Positions 29,621 through 39,085 of a DNA stretch of 56,090 nucleotides are shown piece by piece. The stretch covers positions 1-56,090 of the forward strand of contig JBMOEQ010000001.1 in NCBI GenBank assembly GCA_049314655.1, read 5' to 3'. Source of the DNA: Ferruginibacter sp. GTDB taxonomy: Bacteria; Bacteroidota; Bacteroidia; Chitinophagales; Chitinophagaceae. Both the position numbers and the translations under genes were made by a program. Position 1 is the first letter of the stretch; every line of letters starts with the position of its first letter. The notes under the pieces are model-generated. The model ran no database searches. It was not told the origin of the DNA and saw only the letters and a program-made list of their open reading frames with translations.

Positions 29621-30364
29621 ATGAAACAAAAATTAATGTCAAATTTCAATGCGTTCATACTTATCTGTATGCTTTCGCCGGTATTTGTGTTAGCGCAAAC
29701 CAAAAATGTAATTTCTACCCAACGGCTATTCCCGAAAGTAGATAAAGTACAAGAATTTGAAAAAGCACTTGCAGCGCATGCCCAAAAATACCATACAGGT
29801 GATGTTTCGTGGAGAGTGTTTGCAATTCAATCGGGTCCGGATGCGGGCGGATATCATGTAACCGAAGGTCCAACAAGTTGGGAAGGTGAAGATGCTCGTG
29901 GCGATTTAGGTGCAGCACATACAACAGATTGGAACAAATCAGTAGCCATCTTTCTTACCGACAGATATTCGGGTGGTTACTCGGTATATATTGATTCGTT
30001 GAGTACAATTGCATTAGATGATTTTACCGACAAAATCAACATTTCGCATATATACCCTAAAATTGGGAAAGGCGACGAAGTGGTAAAAATCATTAAGCGA
30101 CTGAAAAAAGCATGGGCGGCTTCGGGTGTTACTGTAGCCGTATATTCAGCAAGTTCTTCAGGCAAAGCTCAATACACTTTGGTAACCAGATATAAGCAAG
30201 GATTAAAAGAAAGAGCATCGGGCTTTAGAAAACCATTTAAGGAAGTGTATGAATCAGTAAATGGCGAAGGTTCTTATGCACAATACATGAAAGATATTTC
30301 GGAGTATTTAAATGATAGCTGGAGCGAACTGCTTTTCATGCGTAAAGATTTAAGTTCTAAATAA
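29621..30364 (+). CDS. Secreted hypothetical protein (possibly two ferredoxin-like halves)
   Basis: 247-aa ORF with signal peptide (VLAQ), divergent from the HTCS and followed by its own terminator. Confidence 0.8.
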   Translation: MKQKLMSNFNAFILICMLSPVFVLAQTKNVISTQRLFPKVDKVQEFEKALAAHAQKYHTGDVSWRVFAIQSGPDAGGYHVTEGPTSWEGEDARGDLGAAHTTDWNKSVAIFLTDRYSGGYSVYIDSLSTIALDDFTDKINISHIYPKIGKGDEVVKIIKRLKKAWAASGVTVAVYSASSSGKAQYTLVTRYKQGLKERASGFRKPFKEVYESVNGEGSYAQYMKDISEYLNDSWSELLFMRKDLSSK

Positions 30365-30398
30365 TTTTTTGCATAAGCATTAATTCGTACCCTATTCA

Positions 30399-30434
30399 AC
30401 AGGCTTTGCATAATGCGAAGCCTGTATTTTTTTT
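30399..30434 (+). terminator. Rho-independent terminator
   Basis: acaggctttgca-taa-tgcgaagcctgt stem (one G.U pair) followed by a T8 tract. Confidence 0.85.
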
Positions 30435-30670
30435 CCCTATAAGCTAACAAAATTTAAGATAAGCGATGAAAATTAAGGAATGGGGCGTTGCGCTTATTTG
30501 CTCCATAAATTTTTAAATACTATAATAGGTTTATTAGTTATAATTTTTATATTTAGAATATTGTACTATAAGATTGCACATTTTCGGGCTTGTATTATTT
30601 CAGGCACAAAAATGTTATACCAACTATTTTTAAATCACGGAACAAATATTAACGCCCCATTACATAAACT

Positions 30671-31843
30671 ATGACCGTAAATCAAACCAACAGAATAGCC
30701 ACAATAGATGTATTAAAAGGCTTAGTAATGATCATAATGGCGCTAGATCATATTAGAGATTACTTTCACTATTCGGCATTTTTTTTCGACCCAGCAGACC
30801 CTACACAAAGCACGTTGCCCATATTTTTCACGAGATTTATTACACATTTTTGTGCCCCCATTTTTTGTTTACTCGCCGGCACATCTGCATTTATGGTTGG
30901 CAAAAGAAAAAGCAAAAAAGATTTATCCATTTTTCTTTTAAAACGTGGACTGTGGCTGGTGTTTATTGAAATGACCATTGTAAACTTCGGATGGTATTTT
31001 GATGTTTATTTTAGAAGTCCGGGCTTATTGGTGATATGGTCATTAGGAATCAGTATGATAGTTTTAGCTGCCCTCATTCATATGCCTCGAAAATATATTT
31101 TAGTGGTTAGTTTGATCTTAATTTTTGGACATAATCTTTTAGATACGGTACACTTTGAAGGCAGTGTAACTTGGTCCATTCTACATGAATTTAGCTTTTT
31201 CAAAATAACCGATCAAGTAGAATTTGTAGTAGGCTATCCCATCATTCCATGGATTGCAGTAATGTCGTTGGGATATTATTTAGGCGCTTTTTATGATGTG
31301 TCGGTAGCAGCAACAAGTAGAAAAAAACTATTTAACTATATTGGCATTGCTGCGCTCTTGCTCTTTGTTATTTTACGATACAGTAATTTTTATGGCGATC
31401 CATTCTTGTACAAAGATTATGGCAGTTTATCGAAAAATTTGATTGCATTTTTAAATCCCAATAAATATCCCCCATCGTTAGATTATTTACTAATGACTAT
31501 TGGCGTTGCCTTGCTTTATTTAGCCAATACAGAAAAACTTAAAGGAAAAGCGATTGATTTTTTAAGCACTTTTGGAAGAGTGCCCTTTTTCTACTACATC
31601 ATTCACCTTTACCTAATTCATCTTATTGCAGTAGCATTTGCAGCATTCTCTGGCTTTGGTTGGAGGGTGATGATTTTAGAAGATTGGGTAACAGAATCTC
31701 CCTCTTTAAGAGGTTATGGATATCCACTTTGGGTGGTGTATGCTGTTTGGATATTGGTGATTGCTCTATTGTATCCTGTTTGTAAAAAGTTTGATCGTTA
31801 CAAACAAGCCAACAAAGAAAAATGGTGGTTAAGTTATTTATAG
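30671..31843 (+). CDS. DUF1624 / heparan-alpha-glucosaminide N-acetyltransferase-like membrane protein
   Basis: RIATIDVLKGLVMIIMALDHIRD, TRFITHFCAP, KYPPSL, FGRVPFFYYIIH. Confidence 0.9.
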   Translation: MTVNQTNRIATIDVLKGLVMIIMALDHIRDYFHYSAFFFDPADPTQSTLPIFFTRFITHFCAPIFCLLAGTSAFMVGKRKSKKDLSIFLLKRGLWLVFIEMTIVNFGWYFDVYFRSPGLLVIWSLGISMIVLAALIHMPRKYILVVSLILIFGHNLLDTVHFEGSVTWSILHEFSFFKITDQVEFVVGYPIIPWIAVMSLGYYLGAFYDVSVAATSRKKLFNYIGIAALLLFVILRYSNFYGDPFLYKDYGSLSKNLIAFLNPNKYPPSLDYLLMTIGVALLYLANTEKLKGKAIDFLSTFGRVPFFYYIIHLYLIHLIAVAFAAFSGFGWRVMILEDWVTESPSLRGYGYPLWVVYAVWILVIALLYPVCKKFDRYKQANKEKWWLSYL

Positions 31844-31906
31844 TTAAAGTCAAGAAAAAAAGTAGTACTGTTCATAAAACTGCTTTAATATAAAATAACT
31901 TTGGCT

Positions 31907-32635
31907 ATGCGTAAACGATCATTAATAAGTCTATTACTTTTCATAGGATACCTGCAAATTTTTGCACAAACAGAAAATCCAAAACTTAAAATTGAACAAT
32001 TAACCGGCAACTTTTTTGTATACACAACCTATAATACGTATCAAGATAGCCAGGTGCCCGCTAATGGCATGTACCTTGTTACTAATGAAGGTGTAGTAAT
32101 GTTTGATACCCCTTGGGATACCACCCAATTTCAACCTTTATTAGACAGTATAAAATTTAAACACCATAAGAAAGTAGTGCTATGTTTTGCAACACATTGG
32201 CATAGCGATAAAACTGCCGGATTAGAATACTACAACCAACTAGGCATTAAAACCTATACTACAGTACTTACCGATGCGCTAAGCAAAAAGAACGATAAAA
32301 AAAGGGCTCAATTTTTAATGCAGAAAGATACTGTTTTCAATATTGCGCAATACAGCTTTGAAACGTATTTTCCGGGAGAAGGGCATACCAAAGACAATAT
32401 TATTATTTGGTTTAAAAATGAAAAAATACTTTACGGAGGTTGTTTAATCAAAGGTGCCGATGCAGATGATTTGGGTTATTTAGATGATGGCAATAAAAAA
32501 GCTTATGAAACAACACTTAAAAGGGTACAAAAGAAATGCAAGGATCCAAAATTTATTGTTATTGCACATAGCGATTGGAGAAATATTGGTTCATTGAAGC
32601 ATTCCTTAAAAATGGCTAAAGCATTAAAAAAATAA
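31907..32635 (+). CDS. bla: Subclass B1 metallo-beta-lactamase (BlaB/IND/MUS-like)
   Basis: Signal peptide, ANG.YLVT..GVVMFDTPW, and Zn ligands H-x-H-x-D (THWHSD), GHTKDN, GGCLIK, IAHS. Confidence 0.9.
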   Translation: MRKRSLISLLLFIGYLQIFAQTENPKLKIEQLTGNFFVYTTYNTYQDSQVPANGMYLVTNEGVVMFDTPWDTTQFQPLLDSIKFKHHKKVVLCFATHWHSDKTAGLEYYNQLGIKTYTTVLTDALSKKNDKKRAQFLMQKDTVFNIAQYSFETYFPGEGHTKDNIIIWFKNEKILYGGCLIKGADADDLGYLDDGNKKAYETTLKRVQKKCKDPKFIVIAHSDWRNIGSLKHSLKMAKALKK

Positions 32636-32733
32636 AATCAAATATAGTCAAGGTACTTTTAGTGCAGTTTTAAGTTCACATCATTAAATTGAGTTATTGC
32701 TTTTAAATTAACTGTTCACCATGTTTATAATTT

Positions 32734-33276
32734 ATGCTTGTTCCTACAAAAAATAATTCATCCATTAGCATTACTACACTTACACCTGATGCTATTGAAC
32801 AGCTATCCGAATATCTTCAACAACTTAGCGAAACAACAAAAAAGCGATTTGGTCCACACCCTTACGATGCTTATGCCATAAACCAATTGTATAATTCATC
32901 TGAAAAATATATTGGATATATTGCTAGAGCAACAAAAACAAATACCATTGTTGCCTATGCTATAATTAAAATTGGGTATATAGACCATGATAAAAACAGA
33001 TTAGCATCGTATGGCTTAAACATTGATCATGATAAAGCCTGTACGTTTGCGCCTTCTGTACACGATAATTGGCAACATCAAGGAATTGGACAATTGATGT
33101 TTCAATTCATTCTTTCTAATTTAAAATCAATGTTTATTGAAAAAATAATTTTATGGGGCGGTGTTCAGGTAAATAATGAAGCGGCAGTAAATTATTATTT
33201 AAAAAATGGATTTAAAGTTTTAGGCAAGTTTGAATATTATGGCGACAATTACGATATGATTTATGAAATTCAATAA
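32734..33276 (+). CDS. GNAT family N-acetyltransferase
   Basis: FAPSVHDNWQHQGIG and NEAAVNYYLKNGF. Confidence 0.88.
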   Translation: MLVPTKNNSSISITTLTPDAIEQLSEYLQQLSETTKKRFGPHPYDAYAINQLYNSSEKYIGYIARATKTNTIVAYAIIKIGYIDHDKNRLASYGLNIDHDKACTFAPSVHDNWQHQGIGQLMFQFILSNLKSMFIEKIILWGGVQVNNEAAVNYYLKNGFKVLGKFEYYGDNYDMIYEIQ

Positions 33277-33505
33277 TTACTTCATTTCTTAATTAAATTA
33301 AATATTGAAATATTAACATTTAATTATATCTCCTATATCTATTTACTATTAAATACCTTATTGAGTTGAGCATTGAAAAATGAATAAGGTAGCCCATTCA
33401 ATAATTACTTAAATTTATAGGAAGGTAATACGCCCAATGTCTATTTAAACTATTATTGAAAAGACAAATTCACTTGTTGAAAAATCAACATAAATCAAAT
33501 GCCAG

Positions 33506-34228
33506 ATGAAGCAATATCTTACTGCGCTGCTATGTACATTTTTATTAAATCAAACCCTTAATGCACAAGAATGTTTTGTTGGAGTAGAAGCACTAAAAGG
33601 AACATACTCCGGAGATTGTAAAAAGGGAAAAGCCAATGGTATTGGAACAGCAATTGGAATAGATACATTTATTGGCCATTTCAAAAATGGCTACCCAAAC
33701 GGACAAGGGAAATATACCTGGAAAAATGGTGATGTTTATGAGGGCTCATGGAAGAACGGCGTATTTGAAGGCTATGGTATTTTTATACAACAAAGTACAC
33801 CTGATAGCATTACCAAATTTGCCGGATATTGGGAAAAAGGAAAATATAAGGGCGATTTTGAACACCCCTATATGGTATCATTTTTAACCAACAATTTCAG
33901 TGATTTTAATATAAGAAAGCAAGATGAATTGAAATCGCAAATATCATTTACCATCAAAAACAGCACCGCCGGAGGATCTGCAATCGACAATCCTGTTTTA
34001 CCAAAATGCATGCTTACTGATATTCAAATTATAACCGGAAATTTTGAAGACAAACTAACAGATACCTCAACCCATATTGCAAGCAGGTATATTTTAAGAA
34101 AGGTTATTTTTCCTTTTACAGCAATTTTAACTTTTGAAATTGTGGGCAAAAAAATTTCCGTAGAACGTGCTAAATTAGAAATCAATGAAAAAGGCAATTG
34201 GTTGATTTATGTAAATATTGAAAACTAA
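33506..34228 (+). CDS. Secreted MORN-repeat protein
   Basis: YSGDCKKGKANGIG, FIGHFKNGYPNGQGKYTWKNGDVYEGSWKNGVFEGYG. Confidence 0.85.
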   Translation: MKQYLTALLCTFLLNQTLNAQECFVGVEALKGTYSGDCKKGKANGIGTAIGIDTFIGHFKNGYPNGQGKYTWKNGDVYEGSWKNGVFEGYGIFIQQSTPDSITKFAGYWEKGKYKGDFEHPYMVSFLTNNFSDFNIRKQDELKSQISFTIKNSTAGGSAIDNPVLPKCMLTDIQIITGNFEDKLTDTSTHIASRYILRKVIFPFTAILTFEIVGKKISVERAKLEINEKGNWLIYVNIEN

Positions 34229-34285
34229 ATGCTGCCTATTATACTAAATCATGATAAAAATTAAAACGAAAATCGAATCCATTTT

Positions 34286-35224
34286 ATGAAAATAATATAC
34301 CATTGCTTTCTATTGATTTTTCTTTCAACGCAAAATATATTTTGTCAGCCTGCCAATCTGCCTGTCAAAAGTTATGTTGGTCATAAGGAAGCCATTTTAG
34401 GCATTGCACAATCTAGCGATGGCAAATACGTACTTTCAGGCAGCGATGACAATCTCGCATTTTTATGGGATGAAAATGGCCAAATTATAGATACCATAGC
34501 TGTACATTTAAAAAGTGTAAATGACGTTTGCTTTTCGCCCGATAACAAAAGATTTATAACAGCCGGATCGGAAGGCGATTTTGTAATTTGGGATATCCAA
34601 GGAACAAAAGTTAAATCTGTATATGCTGATCAGTATTATGTAAAAACCGTTTGCTACTCGCATGATGGAAAATATATTTTAAGTGGCGGTGGCGATAATA
34701 CAGCCAAACTTTGGACAGCCGATGGCAAGTTGGTAAGAACATTTAAAGGTCATACTTGCACCATATATAAAGGCGCATTTTCACCCGATGATAAAACCAT
34801 CGTATTGGCCAGTTGCGATAATACCGCATCGTTATGGAATATCAACGGCAAAAAAATTAAGGTATTAAAAAAACATTCCAGTGGCGTGAGTGCTGCAAGT
34901 TTTTCACCGGATGGAAAAAATATTCTTACAGCAAGTTTTGATAAAACAGCAGTTCTATGGACAAGCAACGGAAAGCCAATTATAACTTTAAAAGGCCATA
35001 CAGATGAAATCAATCAAGCTACATTTTCTCCTAGCGGAAAATTAATTATAACCGGAAGTGAAGATGGCACTGCAAAATTGTGGAGCATCGGTGGCAAACT
35101 ATTGCAAACCTTTGAAGAAAAAAATACAGTAGAATATACTGCTGCTATATTTTCAACAGATGAAAAGTTTGCAATCGTATCTTCTAAAAATAATACAATA
35201 CATTTTTGGAATTTACCTCTATAA
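34286..35224 (+). CDS. Secreted WD40-repeat protein (about 7 blades)
   Basis: Repeated GH...FSPDGK.ILTAS.D.TA.LW units; signal peptide. Confidence 0.93.
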   Translation: MKIIYHCFLLIFLSTQNIFCQPANLPVKSYVGHKEAILGIAQSSDGKYVLSGSDDNLAFLWDENGQIIDTIAVHLKSVNDVCFSPDNKRFITAGSEGDFVIWDIQGTKVKSVYADQYYVKTVCYSHDGKYILSGGGDNTAKLWTADGKLVRTFKGHTCTIYKGAFSPDDKTIVLASCDNTASLWNINGKKIKVLKKHSSGVSAASFSPDGKNILTASFDKTAVLWTSNGKPIITLKGHTDEINQATFSPSGKLIITGSEDGTAKLWSIGGKLLQTFEEKNTVEYTAAIFSTDEKFAIVSSKNNTIHFWNLPL

Positions 35225-35350
35225 AGAACAACGCATCTAAACGAATTGAACGTATATGGCTAACCAAGTTGTTGTATATACTACATTTAACCGATAACAA
35301 TTCATTATAGTGTATCAAATGTGTACTTTCAATTGATTTAATACCCAAAT

Positions 35351-35992
35351 ATGAAAAAGACCAGTTGCTTAATGATACTACTGTTTGGTGTAATGTTTTG
35401 TACAGCACAAACTATGGAATTCAATAAAAATAGTTTTAAGAAGAAATTAAAACTGACTGATGTTCATTGTCTTTCATTGATCAATTATGCGCATGGAATA
35501 AGTACAGGAGAATATATCTACAGGAATTATAAAATTCAAACCAAATGGGATGAATTTTTAATAGAAGCCGAAGATCAAAACAAAGTGCCCTATTCATGGA
35601 AAATCCCCTATCCGCTTCAAGCCAAAGATAGTACTGCATTGAAAAATACGCCGCCGGCATTTTTGGAAGATAAAAAAGTTCATTATTATTCCGAAATAGA
35701 AATTTACACCATTGATGGCGTGTCGTATAACATTTTCAAACACATCAACTACAATTGTTATGATGCACGTTGTGGCGTAAAACACAATCATATTTCATCC
35801 CCAACTGGTGTAACTTATTTTAGTGCCGATTTTGGCGTACTCGTTCAAATAGACAATCAAAACATGCAATACGATTTAATGTGGACTATAAAAGAAAAAA
35901 AAGTACCCTACGCATTAATCATTGAAATTCTTAGAAAAAGAAAAGCAAGTGAAAAAATCATTCAAATGTATGAGTCAAAAACGCATAATTGA
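35351..35992 (+). CDS. Secreted hypothetical protein
   Basis: 213-aa ORF with signal peptide (CTAQ); no recognisable domain. Confidence 0.7.
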   Translation: MKKTSCLMILLFGVMFCTAQTMEFNKNSFKKKLKLTDVHCLSLINYAHGISTGEYIYRNYKIQTKWDEFLIEAEDQNKVPYSWKIPYPLQAKDSTALKNTPPAFLEDKKVHYYSEIEIYTIDGVSYNIFKHINYNCYDARCGVKHNHISSPTGVTYFSADFGVLVQIDNQNMQYDLMWTIKEKKVPYALIIEILRKRKASEKIIQMYESKTHN

Positions 35993-36035
35993 ATAACAAA
36001 ATACAGCCATTAAAAACTGATATAAGAAAATTTAG

Positions 36036-36554
36036 ATGAAAGTAGATTTCGACAATATTTATACCCATATTATTCCGATGCCGGACTTTCCTTTAAAGAT
36101 GCGGTTTACAAACAGTCCGGAAAATGCGATACCCGAAATTCATTTAAATCAACTTAAGCCTTTAGATAAAATTGCAGCCAAATTTTTATGGGATTATATT
36201 TTTGAAACACAATTGCACGACGATGTACCTTTTAAAAAAGGCTTTTTCCAAAACATTGATAAAGCAAAGATTTTATTAAACAATGAAGCAACCATTAAGA
36301 AATGGCTTTATCATCGTGGGCTTCCTTTTAACAAACCCGTATTTCTTTCTTGGCAACCTTACGAAGCCATGGTTGTTCCTTGGAAACTTTTTATAAAATA
36401 TTTTGAGTGTTTTTATTATGCAGATGACTTAACTATTTTTGACCAAAGTTTAACTTGGGCCTTACTTTTTTACCATGAATCTGAAATTTATTTTGGCACC
36501 AATAAAGATTTTAAGCCAAGCGATAATTTTAATGACTATTCATTTATATGGTAA
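36036..36554 (+). CDS. DUF2947-like protein
   Basis: HLNQLKPL..AKFLW, VFLSWQ..AMVVPWKLFIKY, WALLFYHE. Confidence 0.65.
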   Translation: MKVDFDNIYTHIIPMPDFPLKMRFTNSPENAIPEIHLNQLKPLDKIAAKFLWDYIFETQLHDDVPFKKGFFQNIDKAKILLNNEATIKKWLYHRGLPFNKPVFLSWQPYEAMVVPWKLFIKYFECFYYADDLTIFDQSLTWALLFYHESEIYFGTNKDFKPSDNFNDYSFIW

Positions 36555-36706
36555 AGTAATAAGTTGCAGAATAAGTAACACATTTTTAAACGAACAGCAT
36601 ACAACAACTTAGTGATTCCTCAAAAATCAATCGCCGATATATCAAGCAGAATAAGAAAATCTACTGATACACAATTCAACTATTTAACTGCAAAATTGAG
36701 GAACAA

Positions 36707-36913
36707 TTAATCTGCCTTAAATTCTAAAATATCCGCAGGCTGACAATTCAATATTTTGCATATGGCTTCTAAAGTAGAAAATCGGATAGCTTTTGCTTTG
36801 CCAGTTTTAAGGATAGATAAGTTAGACAATGTTAAGCCCACTTTTTCCGATAATTCATTTAATGACATTTTCCTTTTTGCCATCATCACATCTAAATTTA
36901 CTATAATAGCCAT
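36707..36913 (-). CDS. XRE-family HTH transcriptional regulator (YozG-like)
   Basis: MAIIVNLDVMMAKRKMSL.ELSEKVG.TLSNLSILKTGKAKAIRFSTLEAIC..LNCQPADIL. Confidence 0.95.
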   Translation of the reverse strand: MAIIVNLDVMMAKRKMSLNELSEKVGLTLSNLSILKTGKAKAIRFSTLEAICKILNCQPADILEFKAD

Positions 36914-36916
36914 ACA

Positions 36917-37471
36917 TTAAATAGTTAAATCGTTTTCAGATTGAATTTCAATTCCACGCTTAAAAACCTGCGCAATAACAAACAGTATGATGCCCATAAA
37001 TATCCATACATCTGCGCCTCCAAATCCTAAACTTTGTACATCGGGCAATGCTATTCCTTTTGTGCTAAGCCATTGGATTTGCTTTGTTCCCCAATAAGCA
37101 AAAAAACCAATGCCAATAGCTAAATATGAAAGCGTAAAAATGAATCGCTTAATATCTTCATTAAAAGGCTGCGTGAAACTTAATTTCTTATTATGCAATA
37201 TGCTTACAATACTGTAAAAAAGTATGGCTTTCAAAATGGCAACAATACTCATCAAAATGATGATGGTTATAAAATACCCTTTATCATATTCCAATAAAGG
37301 TGATAAATTAATGCCTTTCCAAAAATTGATTGCCGCAATTGGTTTGTACCCCACAGCATATACCGCATTGAAAACTATGCCTCCGGCTTCTACACAAAGG
37401 CCAATAAAAACGATCCAAGCAAGTACATACAGTACTTTTAAAATTTGTTTTGTGGTGATTTTGATTTCCAT
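36917..37471 (-). CDS. DUF2975 family membrane protein
   Basis: Four TM helices, PFN, and C-terminal VIAQVFKRGIEIQSENDLTI; the usual partner of the YozG-like regulator. Confidence 0.93.
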   Translation of the reverse strand: MEIKITTKQILKVLYVLAWIVFIGLCVEAGGIVFNAVYAVGYKPIAAINFWKGINLSPLLEYDKGYFITIIILMSIVAILKAILFYSIVSILHNKKLSFTQPFNEDIKRFIFTLSYLAIGIGFFAYWGTKQIQWLSTKGIALPDVQSLGFGGADVWIFMGIILFVIAQVFKRGIEIQSENDLTI

Positions 37472-37490
37472 TTTTTTAAATTTGATACTG

Positions 37491-37532
37491 CAAACATAAT
37501 AAATATTTATTGATAAACAACAAATATTTATC
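37491..37532 (-). promoter_or_regulatory. Promoter (-7 TATGTTTG; -33 TTG/TTTG) overlapped by a palindromic operator candidate
   Basis: caaacata at 37491-37498; caa/caaa at 37518-37524; perfect palindrome ATAAATATTTAT at 37499-37510; AAATATTTAT repeated at 37501 and 37522. Confidence 0.55.
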
Positions 37533-37775
37533 TTTTATTGATTTTTAGAAAAATGAATTGAAGCCAAATAAATACCCTTAAATAGCAATCTCGTAGTTAT
37601 AAATAAAGAAGCTGTATTGTATTTAAACTGTCCAAATTAGTTTAAACAAGCACTTGATTGCAATGCCTTTAATCATAGTAATGGTTACTAGAGCCTTGAA
37701 ATAGAAAACACTATAGAAGTGTAATAAGTATACCTTCACCACCTTCCTCAATAATCATGCTTCAAAAAATACTTA

Positions 37776-38366
37776 TTGGAAAAAACATTCAACACTTTAA
37801 TAGATAGTTTTATTGCCAATAAAATTGGAATAGCCGATAGCTTCGTAAGTAATGCCTTATCAAAAAACTTAAAAGCCAATTTGATAGCTTTATATGCTGC
37901 ACAACAATTAAAATCTGCCGGAACCGGTAATATTGAAAAAGTTACCCACGATCAACTATTTAGAGGCGATAAGATATATTGGTTGGATAGAAAACATAAT
38001 GACGAGCATGAAAATGCATTTTTCGATTTAATAGATGCATTTATTGTATACCTCAATGAAACTTGTTATACAGGCATCACCGGATATGAATTTCACTACA
38101 CGCTTTACGAAAAAGGAACGTTTTATAAAAAGCATATCGATCAATTTAGAAATAATGATAGTAGAAAATATTCCATGATTACCTACTTAAACAGCCAGTG
38201 GCAAAAGGAAGATGGGGGCGAATTATGTATCTATCAAAATGGCAATTCTCAAAACATTGAACCCAATAGCGGCAAAACGGTTTTCTTTCAAAGCAATGCA
38301 TTACAACATGAAGTACGCATCACCCATCAACAAAGAATGAGTATTACCGGTTGGTTAAAATGTTGA
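37776..38366 (+). CDS. 2OG-Fe(II) oxygenase (prolyl 4-hydroxylase/EglN-like)
   Basis: RGDKIYW, FYKKHID (HxD), YLN..W...DGGEL, HEV, RMSITGW. Confidence 0.92.
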   Translation: MEKTFNTLIDSFIANKIGIADSFVSNALSKNLKANLIALYAAQQLKSAGTGNIEKVTHDQLFRGDKIYWLDRKHNDEHENAFFDLIDAFIVYLNETCYTGITGYEFHYTLYEKGTFYKKHIDQFRNNDSRKYSMITYLNSQWQKEDGGELCIYQNGNSQNIEPNSGKTVFFQSNALQHEVRITHQQRMSITGWLKC

Positions 38367-38508
38367 AATGAAAAAGTAGGCGTATTAAAAATAATCCAGC
38401 CTCAAAAAAATGAATTAATATGCTTAAATTACTGTTGTTATATTGATGATTCAACAAACAATATATGCTTCCCAAAAAATTACTTAAATTTTTCTTGCAC
38501 AATTAAAC

Positions 38509-39033
38509 ATGAAAAAATACACGATTATTGTATCACTAATTGTTGTAGCAGTGCTAATCGTATTTTATACATGGACGGCCAATAAGGCTCAACAAGAAAC
38601 TGCACGTTTACTTTCAAACTTTAAAGAAATAGATCGTCATTTAACAGCTTCTTTAGATAGTAACTTGCAACAAAAAGGATTGGGAGCAGCCAATACATTA
38701 TATGCGATTGCAACTCAAAAATCGAAAATTATATTAAGCATCGATAGCCTTGTCGCCAGTATTGATAAATTTAATGAACCAATAATTTCAAAAAAAATGT
38801 TACAACCCTATAAAAATGACCTTATAGCGCTTGTACAAAATATTCAACAATTCAATACACTTAAATCAAGCACAATTGAATCTGCTCAACCAGATACCAT
38901 CAAGTATTGGTCTTCGGCTTCCGAAAAATTTAATACGCAAATATGGCTTGAAACTTTCTTTTATAACAAACCTAAAGAAGCCATTATCACTTATTTAAAC
39001 TTCTTAAAGCACCAAACAACTAGCAAGTATTAA
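38509..39033 (+). CDS. Hypothetical membrane-anchored helical protein
   Basis: N-terminal TM helix, 174 aa; no confident family. Confidence 0.65.
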   Translation: MKKYTIIVSLIVVAVLIVFYTWTANKAQQETARLLSNFKEIDRHLTASLDSNLQQKGLGAANTLYAIATQKSKIILSIDSLVASIDKFNEPIISKKMLQPYKNDLIALVQNIQQFNTLKSSTIESAQPDTIKYWSSASEKFNTQIWLETFFYNKPKEAIITYLNFLKHQTTSKY

Positions 39034-39085
39034 TACAATTATCTATCTGCATTAAATTGAAAAAACTGTATACATTTGAAGTATT

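Noticed and set aside
30480-30674. 64-aa ORF upstream of the DUF1624 gene
   Set aside because: Low-complexity AT-rich sequence occupying the expected promoter region; no recognisable motif.
33285-33323. Possible ninth core-motif copy (tttcttaattaaattaaatattgaaatattaacatttaa)
   Set aside because: Only the ends match; the TCAA and CCTA blocks are missing and the region is almost entirely A/T.
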